64,000 nucleotides of DNA, taken from assembly GCA_010093605.1 (NCBI GenBank), contig MU004197.1, positions 744,001-808,000 on the forward strand, given 5' to 3'. The notes beneath the pieces were generated by a model. It ran no database searches and had not been told where the DNA came from. It saw only the letters and a list, made by a program, of their open reading frames with translations. The stretch comes from Lophium mytilinum. Taxonomy: Eukaryota. Made by a program: the position numbers and the translations under genes. Position 1 is the first letter of the stretch; each line of letters begins with the position of its first letter. Below, in pieces: positions 1 through 13,759 of this stretch.

Positions 1-115
1 CCCTCAAGGAGGTAGTGAGCGAGCAAGAGCGGAGTTTGAGGGGTGTGATTCACCCGTCGCTGAGCTTATGATCTAGAGACTGGATGCCTAAAACAGTATG
101 AGGAAGGGATGAAAG

Positions 116-1624
116 CACGTGGGGCACGTGATGGGGTTGGGAGAGGGGTATAAAAACTTCTCCGTTTCTGCAGCGAGGCACTTTTTCTCCAGGGAGGAGG
201 AGGGCTAGATTGTAAATCAATTGAGCCCAATAACATGAGTGGTGGTGGGGGTGGTTTTGCAAAACAATATGCACGACGAGACAATGGGGTGCTGTGGCGG
301 CCGTGGTGTTGCAAACAATCGAAGACAACTGCCCGCATGGTGGGAGCAACTTTGCAGAATTACGATGTTATGGTGGGCTTCCCTGCCTAAGATGATGATG
401 CTGACAATCCCTCTAGATATATACCTGCCCTTAGCTTCGACAAGTCTTGAAGGAGAGTATGGAGAGGAGGTATTGAAGGTCTTCGTCAGCGAAAAGCGAG
501 AGATCACTGCCCCGGTTCCACCTCCATCGGATCTTATGTTGTACAGGTTGATACCGCTTCCTAGACTCCTCCATGGAACTACGGCCGGTACCACTTTAAA
601 CCCCCAACTCCAGCTCTATCAGCAGTTTGAAGAGGTCAAGTTGACACCACTCCCCGTCTTCCTCTCCATGTTCCTGGCTTTCTGCCGATTTTGACATCCC
701 AACCCCACTCCATGGACGTTTGAGGCCGTCATTTGATGAAAGCCCGAAACACCATCCTGCTCCGCTGAGAAAACGAGCAAGGAGCGGGGAACGGGGAGGT
801 TTTATACTCGGAAGATGGGAAGAAGTTCGAGAGGCACGTGAGAGGCACGTGAGAGGCACGTGAGCTATGCTTCTGAAGGCCTATCTAGCATACTTTGTCA
901 TCGCTCACATGTTCTCTCACGTGCGTCTTTCTGATCTCTCTTATAAAAGCTTTTGTCTGCATGCAGTTGCTTTCAGCATAGGGCGACACTTGGGGTTGAA
1001 TCAAAATCGACTTGTTCAAACTGCGATGATGGGTTCTGGAGAGGAGGGTCGATTGGCTTGGGGGGATCAAAACGATGAATCATTGGTACCCGATGGCTGC
1101 TGTGGGGATTGTGTTCTGCGATTGAAACAGCAGACTGGTGAGACGATGGTGAAGCGTTGGAGGATGCTTCATTTCCAACGATGCGGAACATTGTCGTTGT
1201 CCGGTGATGCTCGATAGTAGAATATGCTGTTAGAGGAAATTACTAGCATTAGCCATGGTTTGAACTTGCTGTGACATTTGGCAAGTTGATAAAGAATACA
1301 CAGAAAGACGAAGGCGTTTGAAGTCTAGGAGGCGCTGAAGGAGCTTAGCCTGCTATCTAATATCCCATGAGCAGCATAAGCAGGAGGTAGTGCGAATCAG
1401 CAGGTGACAGTGATGAAGAGGAAACACACCCCGAACTCTCTCCCACTCCAGCCAACCACAGGTCCATGCTCAGTTTCTTTAGCGGAGTTTCGAGACAGGT
1501 ACTCCATGTGTCCCTTCAGTTCTACCTTTGAAAAGACCCTCTCCAAAAACTTCTCCTCCCGTGATTGTCGCTAACTTGACTTGGAGATGCTTTTATAGAT
1601 GGGAGAAGTTTTTGGGTTATGTGA
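116..1624. repeat. Left array of non-coding cassettes (about two units, ~116-862 and ~906-1624) bounded by CACGTG/CACATG + TATAAAA modules; homologous in inverted orientation to 28230-29250
   Basis: ATGGTGGGAGCAACTT at 337-352 is the reverse complement of 28781-28796; GATGGCTGCTGTGGGGA at 1092-1108 is the reverse complement of 29032-29048. Extended similarity 730-890 vs 28230-28390 and 890-1210 vs 28925-29250. No convincing protein ORFs. Confidence 0.8.
829..861 (+). repeat. 11-bp tandem repeat (GAGAGGCACGT)x3 creating three CACGTG E-boxes
   Basis: Read directly; CACGTG at 835, 846 and 857. Confidence 0.95.
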
Positions 1625-1939
1625 TCTCAATGGTGTGAATGTAGCGCACGGACCGTCAATCACATCTAGTTTTGCCTTTGTACTACAACACCTCTCCTTA
1701 ACATTCAATCGATGGATAGCAAATTTAGGTAAATTGATATTACTGACACTAAAGTTTCGCCGTTAACCTAGTGTCCCTCTCTTCATGCCGTTAGTACTCT
1801 ACGGCTTCAAAGGCGAGAGAGGCTATCTAGCTAGGAGGTATGCCTTCGTGCGCAATTCATCTTCTTCTTCAGCAACACAAAACCCTTTGCGCACGAGTCA
1901 TGGTGCGTACGTCGCCAACCGTGCTGCCCTTCGGTCCTC

Positions 1940-2197
1940 CTACACAACTTCAATCATCGGTGAGATGTTCTCTTTCCTCCTCTCCAACCAAACCGTCGAA
2001 TCACATGCTTGGCCCTTTCGAGATACTTGCATGAAGGCGGCGTTCATATAGCAACGATACATCGGACCATTAACCCAATTAGGCCACGGGGTACCTGACC
2101 GACTCCCCGCCTGCCAAAGGCTACGCCATCCGCACGCAAGTTGCAACGCCCTTCTCCTGCTCCTGAAAGAACGTCGAAACGCCGCTCGGTGCAACAT
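1940..2197 (-). pseudogene. Possible decayed Zn(II)2Cys6 transcription factor N-terminus
   Basis: RSRRRALQLAC-GW-R-SLWQAG-S-RSGTP-W-PN-W-VNGPMYR-C matches Cx2Cx6Cx5Cx2Cx7C spacing; the four non-Cys positions are CGT, AGT, TGG and TGG, each one base from a Cys codon. Confidence 0.4.
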
Positions 2198-3160
2198 GTG
2201 TCACTATTCGCAAGCGTGTGAGCGTACAGAGTAGACCGTCGGCTCCTTCCCGATTAATCCTAGCGCTTGATCTCGTGGATGCGTTGCTAGTGGGCAGAAT
2301 GGGAGCGGGACGGGAAATCGACATAGCCGTCATCATTCCCGAGACCTTAGATCTAGCCCTGTGGCAAAGTCAGACTGAAAAGGACCAGCTAGACTGATAC
2401 ACGCGGCATGCCGTCGTTTCGGTGTGGTTTTTGTTTTTTGAAGACGACGCCGCTTAAGTCTAGAGTTTGCCGAGGTTTTTAGCGGCCGATATTCTTCCCA
2501 TGATGTTATTAGGGCCCCAATGACCGCGCGGTGCCTTACCCATGATTCTCTAGAGCCACTCGCTAATGCGGTTCACAGCTGGCACTAAGACTACTGCATG
2601 CGAGTCACTCTCCAGGCTTCATGGATACTATCGACCGCTGGTGCTAGGTCAAGCCTTCTCCGCTAGCTCTACTTCTTCCATCAATCGATCTTCCCTGATC
2701 TTCGGACATCAGATGTATCAGGTAGGAATCGCCGAGCATAACGCCGGTCACAAGCTTCGAATTCTGCTTTCTTCTCGCCTCAAGTGCGTCAAGTCAGCTT
2801 TCTCCCTTTTCTTGAACGCCTCAAATGCCGAGGGCTTGCCATCGAACCTACGCGAGCTAACCGACCCTGTCTTCCAACGGTGATAGAACCGAATTGGTAC
2901 CTGACAGACGCCTCTTTCCCCGCACTACCGAACGGACGGTACTCCGGACCCTCTCCTATGGAGTACGGTAAACCTGCCACATGGCGGCCCCTTATCGCGG
3001 CAGACGGCTTCGTGGCGCTGTGTAGGGCAGAGAGGCTCCACTCTATTAATGCTGGCAAGCCTCTTGAATCCTATCCGTGGCTTTGGTTATCTATTCTACC
3101 ACGTTCCCCCTGCAAGCAGTACGCAGTGACAACTCTTTAAACCCACCACGAACGAACACG

Positions 3161-4521
3161 ATGTCGACTTCCACAGATTCAAAAGTTTCGTGCATCGCCT
3201 TTGGATTCACTCTCGGCTTTGGGTATCTAACAGGATGGGATGCATGGAAGCTCACGAGGAAACACCGCAGTCCACTGCGAAGTATGTTTATATGGATGGT
3301 GTGGGGTGAACTTTTCGTCAACCTCGCTATCGCAATCGTGGCTTGGCTTTTCCTGGAAGGAGTGATTAAACCTACGTATGCAATCCTCTTCTTAACCACT
3401 TTTTTGTACTTACAATCTTTAGGTTCCCGACTTTCTTCTTCATTTGTACGTCGCTCGCTACTAATGCCAATAATATCGCCATGTACTGTTACTAAACGTC
3501 CTCAAAGTGGTCCTCTGGGTCTTCGAGATCCAGTTCATCCTCCAAATTCTCGTCAACCGCGTCTCTCTCATCACACGCAAAGACTCTAAAGTCGAGTATA
3601 TCCGCTGGGGAACCGTAGCAATCATCACCGCCGTTGAGATCTCCGTCTTTTGCATTTGGATCCCTGCGCACCTTGACATCTCACAAACGTAAGCTCATCT
3701 TCAGTGCGCCGTACCTACCCATCAATATCAATGCTTACCGCTCGCAGCTACATCAACATCAACAACATCTGGGACAAAATAACCAAATTCATCATCCTTT
3801 TCGTCGACTGCGGCCTAAACTACTACTTCATAACCCAAATCAAGCGCCGCCTCGTGCGCAACGGGATCGAGAAATACAACGACCTAGTCCGCTTCAACAC
3901 GCGAATCATCATCGTGTCAATCAGCATGGACGTAAGCATCCACTCCACCCACCATCCTACCTTCACCACCCCTTACTCACGCACCTCCAGCTCCTCATCG
4001 TCGGCACGATGTTCCTCTCAAACGGCGTCGTCTTCCTCCAATTCCACCCAGTCGCGTACACCGTAAAACTAAAGATCGAGCTCTCAATGACCAACCTCAT
4101 CACCAAAATCGCGCAAGAAACGGTTCAGTCCCGTGTCGATGCCCTCTCCCAGTCTACGTCTAAAAGCCACAAGATCGGCATCATCTCGTCGATCACGTCT
4201 GGTGGTAATCATAAGAGGCTGACCACCCCCCGCGCTACGGACAACGTGAATACGGAGGCGGGCGACGTGGGCATGATTAGCATGACGGATAGAGTTGGCG
4301 GGGGGGTGAAGGGTGGTGTGCAGACGCATGTGAAGGCTGATGTGGAGACGGGGTCTCAGGAGCAGGAGGAGGGAAAGGGGATCCAGATGCGGAGGGAGGT
4401 GAGGCGGGAGGTGACGTATGCGGATGGGCGGGAGGAGAGGGAGGGACGGGCGAGTACGCAGGGGAGTCGGGAGTTTGTGGGGGGGTTTGATGAGGATGAT
4501 CAGAAGCCTTTGGCTTGGTAA
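3161..4521 (+). CDS. Multi-pass integral membrane protein with hydrophilic C-tail (spliced, ~5 exons)
   Basis: Hydrophobic helices in consecutive ORF pieces (IAFGFTLGFGYLT, MFIWMVWGELFVNLAIAIVAWLFL, LWVFEIQFILQILVNRV, FHPVAYTVKLKIELSM) joined by GT..AG introns. Confidence 0.8.
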
Positions 4522-5006
4522 GGGGCTCGGATTGGGATTGGGACTGGGATTGGGCGGCGTGTTTTGGGATGGGAGGGAGATATCCATGGTTTCGGATTGA
4601 ATCGGTTATTTCAAGTTAAGGGGGTTACTTCGCTTTTTTTCAATCGAGCATCCACTACTATACCTCTATCCTTGAAGAGAAGCGCTTACATGTCTTGTAG
4701 CTTCATAGCAGTACGCCCGCACAGTTGGTAGCTACTACAGTTTCGGAGGCATGACGCGATGTCAAGTTCTAAGCATTGTATATCAGACAGTTCTTTGACT
4801 CACTGGCTGTCAACTAGTCAGGCCACTCCTCACAGTGCTGTCAAGTGAGCAAGATTGTCGCCAAACAGCGATGAATCCGGGTCTCCAGACTCATGGACTC
4901 GCATCATTCTAAACCATTCGAAGATAAATATCAAGCAACTACTTCAGCGTCTTAAAGAGTGTCCCATCAAACCCACCATCTGCACTCCACCGCAACCCCA
5001 AACCCC

Positions 5007-8000
5007 CTAACCCTCCTTCATCCTACTCCTCTCAACCACCAACTTACTCAACGTAGCAAACGACGCACCCCCCGAAATCTCAAACATCGCCACCTCAGCC
5101 TTAAACTCTTTCGCGATCCAACTACGCAGCTCAACCGCCAACAGCGAATCAACCCCGTACGCGGCAACAGGCTTGTACATGTCAACTTCGCCATGCAGGC
5201 CCGCCAGCGTGCGCTGCAGTTTCGCTACCAGCGCCTGCGCCACCACATGCGCCGCGTCCGTCTGCGAACTCGCGGTGTGGAAGCGCTCTTTCCAAGCCTC
5301 TGGCCCGTCATCCGTCTTCTCACCCGTAGGTCTACCTTTCACGTTGTCTTTTAGATGCGTGAAGATGGCTTGGCGGGAGATCACGATCCCGTCCAAGCCC
5401 TTTCTATCATCCGATCCCAGCCCGATAACGGGCTGGCTCTGCTGGGGCGAGAGGAGGGGAAGAGATGGGTCGCAGTAGTAGTCCAAGATCGCGTAGAAGA
5501 AGTTCCTTGATATCCCATTCAAAGCGCCGTATCCGAGCACACGGTTGAGGAACTCGGGGTTTTCAGCGAGCAGGCCGTCTTCTGTCAAGGCGCCGAGATC
5601 TAGAGCGACGGCGCGTTGGCCGCGGGAGACGCGGTAGCGCGCGAGGGCGTCCATGTAGCTGTTGCCGGCGGCGTAGTTGGCTTGGCCGCGGAGGCCGACA
5701 ACGCTGGAGGCTGAGGAGAGGAGGATGAAGAATTGGAGGTCGTTGGGGAGGATGTGGTGGAGGTTCCAGGAGCCGGTGGTTTTGCAGTCGGTGCCTAGGC
5801 GCCAGTCGCTGTGGTTCATTTTGTCGAATATGGAGTCCTGATGTTGGTTAGTGTTGAGAGTTCACTTGTATGAGCGGGAAGTGTGTTTACTCTTAGGACC
5901 ATTGAGCCTTGGATGCAACCTCTTATCGGTGGCATTTCATTCGAGCACTGCTGAATCACCTCTTCTAATGCTGCAGCGTCTGTAATGTCGCAGGCTGGAG
6001 CTTTGACCAAGACGTCCTGCTTTTTCAGTTCTTCTATGAAACCTCTCGCCGTCTCGTTACGAATGCCGGAGCGGGAGAGGAGTATCAGGTTTCTGGCGCC
6101 GCGATCAACAAGCCATCGTGCGACGCTGCGACCCAAGCCTCCAAGTCCTCCGGCAATCACGTAGGTTGCATCGTGGCCAATGATGAAACTTGGCTGGGTA
6201 GCAAGTAATGCCTAAAATGGTAAGAAAGGAGCCTCTTCTCTGAGTTCGAATCGACACTTACCTTGACTGGAATCGTAGGTGTCATTTCCAACACGATCTT
6301 CCCTGCCGTCTTTCCATCTTGCATCGCACGGAAAGCCTCCTCTACTTTTGTAGCAGGGTATACATTCAAGGACCGAACGAGATGGAACTTCCCTGCCGCG
6401 AAAAGCTGAAGAACCTCTTCGAAAGCGCGCCTCGAATCCTGTGGGCGCTCAGTCTGCCATCTGAAGCCGTCGAAACATATAAAGCTGGCGTTGTTCTTGA
6501 ATGGATACATGGGTAAGTTAGCATTGGAGAGTATATCTCGTTTCCCAAGCTCGACAAACCGACCGTAAGGGGCAATACACTCCCAACTCGACACCAGGCT
6601 GTCACCTGCCAACGAATTCAGGACGACGTCGACTCCTCTACCTTCGGTCTTACGCATGATGCCTTTGGCGAAACCGGAGTCACGGCTAAAGAAGATATGA
6701 TCTTCTGGAATACCGTATTGTTCAACGAGGACATCCTTCTTCATCTCGGAGCCAACGGTAGCGTATACAATACCACCGAGGTACTGAGCCACCTGGATAG
6801 CTGCTTGGCCGGTTCCACCAGCTCCAGCGTGGATCAAAATCGTCTGTCCCTTTTGGAGACGCGCTATGCTATGGACTGCTTGCCAGGCCGTGCAGAACTG
6901 GGTTGGGATACTTGCCGCTTCCGCGAAGGTCATGTCGTCCGCAATTCGGAGAACATGGCTTGCTTTACCGCGTGCGTATGTTTTGAAGCATGGAGACGCA
7001 GACATGACGACTCGATCCCCCACGGACAGCTCGACAACGTTGTTCCCAGTTCGAGAAACCAGCCCTGAACATTCGCTGCCGTAAGAAGAGTCTGGTATGC
7101 GGCCCAGGGCCAACAAGCAGTCTCGGAAATTCAGACCTACGGCACGAGCTTCTACTTCGACCTCGTCGGGATCTAGGGGTATTTGATGGTCATCATCTTC
7201 AGTGAAGTGCAGGGTATCTAGGAACCCCACGGATCCTATAGCTAGCTGGAGGGGAGGGCAGTCTTTGATCATACGGGAAGAGGTTTGTCGTGGTAGCGAC
7301 CGGCGGAACAAATCCTCGGTAAGTGTCTCTGCCTGCACGACTCTCGGGATCTGGAGAAGACCATCGATCTCTACATACTCCATGTCTTGTGTTGATTGGT
7401 CAACATCTGCTTGCTGTACGATCCGGAATATCTGGCAAATAGCCTCGAGCTGTTCAATTGTCACGGCAGAGTCCAGATCAAGAGCCAGGGTCGCGCATGG
7501 CCGTTCCGGATTTTCATTTCGAAGAACGCGGAATAGGCCATTTGCCACGCCGGACTCTGGCTTTTTGGGAGCGTTCCCACCTCCGTCGGTCACCCAGAGG
7601 ATGCCTTTCGCAGAAGTTACGAGCTCTTGGAACATCGAATACATCTCGTTTGATAGATCTATGAGGAAAGGGCGTTCCATCTCTTGAATGAAGATGAAGT
7701 AAGAAGAGGCCATGTCGTCTATTCGAGCCACCTCCGCGAAGCTAGTAGAATAGCGACAGCGTGGAAGCATTGATTGGAGGCGAGACGCCACACCTCGCTG
7801 GAACTCAGACTCGGGGTCTAGCACTATAATTGGTGCTCCACACGAGGACACATCGGGGGGTATACTGAATTCCATTTCGTGCACGGTTGATGTCGCCGTA
7901 GATATCATGATGCTGCCCTCTTGACATTCAGGGCCGAGGAAGTCGGGGATGTCTAGGTCGACACCAGAGAAGAAGTTGTCGCGTAGTATCTTGTCCCAAG

Positions 8001-11000
8001 ACGCAGAGGTCATTGTGGGACCCCATGGTCGATAATCTTCGGAGCTGAGCCACCACCCAGGCAGAAGGCCCATGATAAAGGCTGGTCGCATAATCTCGGG
8101 TTTGGTGGGCTCGTAAAGTACAAGGAGACCACCTGGCTTCAGGAGCTTTCTGACGTTTTTGAGAGTAAAGTTAATATCAGGAGTAGCATGGAGGACGTTC
8201 GCGGCGACGACGATATCGAAAGTCCCGCAATCAAGTCCCTGGTGGCTAGGGTCGAGTTCTATGTTCAGCGCTTGATACTCGATATTGGGGTATTGGATGA
8301 ATCTCGCCCCAGCTGCCTCGAAGAACGCTGGAGATATGTCGGTGTAGAAGTAATTCGAATATCTTGGCTTGCGCATCGCGCTGTCTGTTTGTGCAGAGAG
8401 TGCCGAGAGCACCTTTTCAGTCGTGCCGCCCGTTCCAGCGCCCACCTCGAGTACCTTCATATTTGGATTTTTGTGGGCAGCGGCATCGAGATACCGGGAC
8501 AGCTCTGCAAAACAGGCGCGGGAGTCGTTGATTTCGCGATAGAAATCTGTAAGTAGATTCCCATGGAACAAAAACTCCAGTGGATCTGTATCGCCCCGCA
8601 GGATCGAGGTCAAGCGGCGACCCGTCTCAACATACGCGTGTCCTTCGGCGTTTGTAGATTTGAGCTGCTCGCACATCCTTTCCGCAGCCTCCGAGTCTTC
8701 GGAAAGCCGAGCCCACTCTGGTTTCATATGGAGGAGATGATCCTCTCGATATCGATGAAGCTGCATCTTGGCCCAGTCATGATAGCGTGATAGATGGGCA
8801 GGAGTGGTTGAGAAGTTATGATTTCGAAGCTCATCCACAGCTTTCGTGAGAAGTGCGAGTAGTAAGATATCTAGATCCTGGTAAAATTGGACAGGCTCAG
8901 GGTTCTTCGGGCGGACCTCCAAGCAGTAATCTGAGAGTTTCTGAGAGCTCAAGAGAGTAACGTCTGGCCTCCAGTCAAGATGGTAGCAGGTCTGCTTTAC
9001 GCCCGCATCATTTGCGGATTCTGTCATCTCTGCAACGATGGTGGATCTAAGACCTACCACCTTCGCAAGAATTCTTTCTTTCGAATCATCGAGAACGGAA
9101 ATGTTGAATTCGGTTCCACGAGCGTCTTTGTCCACCATCCAAGCAGCCGCGCTTACAGAATTAGATCCTGGTTGGCTTAATCCCGGGGTTGCAACCCAAA
9201 GTCGTTTCAAGGAGCTAGGAACTGCCGTTGGTGTTTGCACGTCTCCTCCTTTTGCACAAACCGCCAAACTGAGGTGCAAGATTGCATCTAAGGTGCATGG
9301 ATGAATTACATGCGGCTGTGGGAAATGATCCGTTGGCCACTCGAATATCTCAATATCGGCCTTACCCTCATTTTCAGAGTGAAAAGAACCGTTCCTCAGT
9401 AGCTGGAATGACGGTCCGAAGTCAAAACCGCTGGCTCTAAGGGATTTATAGAGCTTTTGGCGTTCGAATGAATCCCTGACTGGATCTGAAAGGTCAAAAT
9501 GGCGCTGGCGGCACAGATTGAGCTCTTCCATCTCCTCTCTGGCGGCGCTGAACCCTTCTGCGATGGCTTTGTACGTCACACGAATGGATCCCCGACAGAT
9601 TTCGTGCCATTCATCCGATTCAAAAGAAAAGACTCGAAATTCGGACCATGGTGTCTCGGAGTTGGCAGAGTCTCGGATCTGGCGAAGATGTAGATGCGTT
9701 TCTATGCCGTTTGCGTGGGAAGGGACGTTTAGAGCGGACAAGAACCGGACGTCCTTCAGTTCGAATCCCTCTACTCTGCGACTTTTGTCCGCTGTCTGAT
9801 TTGCAGCTTCGATTGCCATCACGAGCATTCCAGCCGCAGGATATATAGTCGATCCGTTGATCTAAACCGGATTGGTTAGCAATGGCCAGCTGAGACCGAC
9901 CGTAATACTCACCTGATGGTCTTCGACCCATGGCATTTCCGACACGCGAATGAAGTTACGCCATTTAGCTTCGACGTCATTCCAATCTGGGCTTGGTTTT
10001 CCGAGAAGGTCCAACTTTTCTTGAGGGTGGAGCCGAAGTCTTTTGCTCACTCGCCCTTCTTCCCAATATCGACGTGAATGATTGAATGGGTACTCGGGGA
10101 GATCACAAAGCAGCTTTCGTGTGCCAAAAGAGTCTTGCCCCAGGCTATAGATACGGCTCAGATCTAGCGGGTATCCATGGCAGTATAATTGGCTGAGAGA
10201 ATTGAACAAGGAATGTAAAGGAGGTTTGTCCCGCACTAGGACGGACTCATAGGCGATCTTGGAGTTGCTGCTCAACCCGCTCACGATGTCCCTTAGCGGT
10301 CCTCGTAGGGCGGAGTGAAACCCGACTTCAAGTAGAAAGGTCACCTTGGATCGATTTCGGTGGCTGCCATCAAGCTTTTTCCAGATCTTGGCTCCGGCTT
10401 GGAACGTAAATCCTTCAACTGCTGGGGCAAACTTAACAGGACATGTCATGTTGTCGACCCAGTATTGAGGCGTGCGTAGTATCCTATCGTGTATCCATTT
10501 CCCCGTAACAGTCGAGATCATGGTAATCGGGTGAGGCGTTGCAGCCCCCTTTTCCAAGCCGCTGATAGACTCAAGGTACCTCTGCGCGACACCCTTCATG
10601 GAATGGGAATGATAAGGTAGATTAACTTTCAGCTTATGGGCGAATACTTTGCTCTCCAATAACATTGTCTCAAGAAGGTCGATATGATCGCTGCGTCCGG
10701 ATATCGTCACACTCTTCGGGCTATTGATGCATGCCACTGTGAGCATATGCTCTCCTGTTTGTTCCGCCACTCGGTCAAGGGAGACCAATACATCTTCCTT
10801 AGAAAGCCCGACCGCCATCATGCCGCCCCGGATCTTGCCAGACCTTGAGAGGAGCGCCGAATGGTATCCTCGAAAGTAAGCAAGTTTCCAGGCCGACTCG
10901 GCAGATAGAGCCCCGGAGCAATATCTGAATAACTTGTAAGCAATGGAAATTGCATCATATAACCACTTACGCCGCTGCAATTTCTCCCGATGAATGCCCG

Positions 11001-13759
11001 ACCACGACGTTGGGGTAGATGTCGAAGCTGCGCAAAGTGTCGACGAGAGCCACCTGCAATGCAGTAGAGATGGGCTGGCTGTACTCCGCATCATCAATTC
11101 TGGACACTTTCTCATCCTTGTACAACTCCTCTGTCGACACGTTAAGTATAAAATTGAAGTTTAGTCCCTAGTATTGACCACTTACCTCGCAGTTTCCAGC
11201 GGCAACCAAGCTTTTGCATATAGAATTCAGCGCGCATCAGACTTTCCTTGTAGACATCGAATCGCTCGAGACATAGAAGCTCTCTTCCGGGGTATTGAGC
11301 ACCTTGTCCTGTGAAAACGATGCACAAGGATGGTTCCGGGATGGACCTCTGGGTTGATGAGAGACGCGACTCTAAGTGGGCCAGGCTGTCCTGAGTATCT
11401 ACAACCGCGAAGGATCTCCAAGGAAAGTAGTTCCGTCTAGCTAATGTTGTGTATGAGAAATCACCTAAATCCAAGTCCGGCATTGAAATTCCCTTCAACC
11501 TGCTCTGTACGTATTGTATGTGGGCTTTCGCCTGCCTTTGGAGGGTGTCTTTGTCCATCGCGGAGAGCACAATAAGCTTCGGGGGATTGCCAAGACTATC
11601 AAGCGTATCATCTGATTGCATATGGTTGTCAAGACCGTTGGCCGTTATAGTTCGGGAATCCGAGGGCAAAGAGTGATTGATAGCACTCTTTGTGTCCGGA
11701 TCGGCGTTCAACCGCTTAAACCTTTTGCTTGGAGAACTTTCAACTGTATTATGACCATTGTTGGGCAAATGATGTTTCCGCAAACCATTGGAGCTACTAG
11801 AGAAAGAATGGCCATTAGCAGCTGTCGCCGTTCCGCTCACGCAACCTTCTTCTTCATCATTCTCGGGGTACTCGACGGTATTATGATGCCCAACAAGCCG
11901 ACGAGACTGGAGATAATGCAACGCATCATCAAGAATCACGTGGGCGTTCGTTCCTCCGAATCCAAAAGAATTCACGGAAGCTCGGCGAAGACCTTTAGTA
12001 GGCCATTTGGTTGGTTGAAGTGGGAACTAAGCCATCGTCAGTATCAACAGGTTCCATAGTCGATGTTGACGCAATCTGATATACCTTGATGTTTAGGTAT
12101 TCCGTGTCTATCTGGGGATTGATATTGACGAAGTTGGTGTTCGGGGGTATCACTCCTTTTTCGAGTGCGAGAATGGACTTTATGACGCCTGCAACACCGC
12201 TAGCACCTTCGAGGTGGCCAATATTGCTCTTCACGGCTCCTCTGTTCAAGTTAGTTTCCTAACTCTATCCATTTGAGATATAATTCGATCATGGAAATGA
12301 CGGAGCGAGCTTAGCAGCCAGCCTAAAAAGCAGGCGCAAGGACAAGTCGAATACTTTAGACGAGGCGGCATTAGGATCATGAAATCTGCGAAGCTTACAC
12401 ATAGAGCGGGTCAACTAATGATCGCGAGCGTCGAAACACCTCCCCAATTGCATTGGCCTCTATCGGGTCACCCACGGCTGTACCTGTGCCATGAGCTTCG
12501 ATGAATCTCGTCTGATCGAGCTCGAGACCCGCTCGGCGGTACGTCTCTCGAATGAGCTCGGACTGAGCTTTCCCGCTTGGCTGCGTAAGTCCAGTGGTGT
12601 AGCCATCCTGATTGCTCCCGGTTGATCGGATCACTGCACGGATCACGTCGTTATGTTTGATCGCGTCGGACAGCCTTTTCAGCACGAGGACGCCAAACCC
12701 TTCGCCTCGCGCGTACCCGTTAGCTCTGTCATCGAAAGAGTAGCACTGATTATCTGGAGACAAGAGACCAAGATTGGACAATGCGTGCATGATGTCCGGG
12801 TAGAATAGCAGGTTGCATCCTGCAGCAATACTCTCGATTACTGTCAGTTAAATGAACAGGTATCCACTAGCCGCTTAAGCTTACCATGTCTGCATCGCCG
12901 CTAGTCAGATTCTTGACCGCGAGGTCTACACAGACCAGACTACTTGAGCAAGCAGAGTCGACGTTGAAGCTGGTTCCCTTAAAATTGAAGAACCAACTGA
13001 GTCTGTTAGCAAGAATCGAAGCTTCGAAACCGATGCCTGCATGACTGGTGCATTGCTCCGCATCTTTCAGGCTTAATTGCTGCCAGTCATTTGTAAAGCA
13101 GCCAGTGAAGACAGATGTCTTTGATCCGATGACGCGGTCTAAAGGCTGCCCAGCTAAATGACATGAATCAGCATGAGCGGAAACCCCGCGCTTGAGGCAA
13201 GTTCGCTGGAGAAAACAAACCATTTTCCAATGCCCTGAACGTGGTCTCTAGGAGAATTCTTTGCTGAGGATCTAGCGAGGCGGCCTCGGTATCTGAAATG
13301 GAGAAGAAAGGGGCATCAAACTCGGCGATATCACCTGTTAGAAAGTGTCCCCCTTGAAAGGGTATCTGCAACTTGTCAGACATACCGATGGGTCAGAAGT
13401 CGTGCTTGAGATTCGAAGACAACGAAAAGCCATAAAGAAGCGAGAAAAGAAAGATGGAATAAGAGAAAAATGAGATGGAGGCAATGAGAATGACTGACAG
13501 TCCCCCGTCGGTTAAGCTGAGGATGGTACACCGCCGAGGCAGAGAGACGATCTTTGGGAAATTCTGTAGCAGTGTTCCTTTTCTCCAAAAGCGCTTCCCA
13601 GAACGAATCTGCCGTCTCACAGCCACCAGGGAATTTGAATGAGAAACCGACGATAGCGATAGGCTCCGTTGCATCCTTCTTGACGTAGTCATTGGTATCC
13701 GCCGGCAGGGACGTAGGCCCTTCTTCGCTGTATGGCTCGCTTGGAGCTGCGGGAGCCAT
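5007..13759 (-). CDS. Highly reducing iterative type I polyketide synthase (KS-AT-DH-CMeT-ER-KR-ACP), multi-intron
   Basis: [67 protein letters not shown] (~10980-11005), [83 protein letters not shown]. No C-terminal release domain. Confidence 0.97.

Noticed and set aside
829..861. Short direct repeats as a CRISPR array or point centromere (CDEI-like CACGTG)
   Set aside because: No spacers, eukaryotic context, and no AT-rich CDEII/CDEIII arrangement.
50..1217. Short ORFs in the left array (e.g. 239-694, 867-1217) as protein genes
   Set aside because: No recognisable domains; the homologous copy at 28-29 kb does not preserve the frames.
4084..4587. Pro/His/Leu-rich antisense ORF and GGGATT-like hexamer run at ~4520-4555
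   Set aside because: Shadow of the G-rich 3' end of the membrane-protein gene; the repeat is short and not telomeric TTAGGG.
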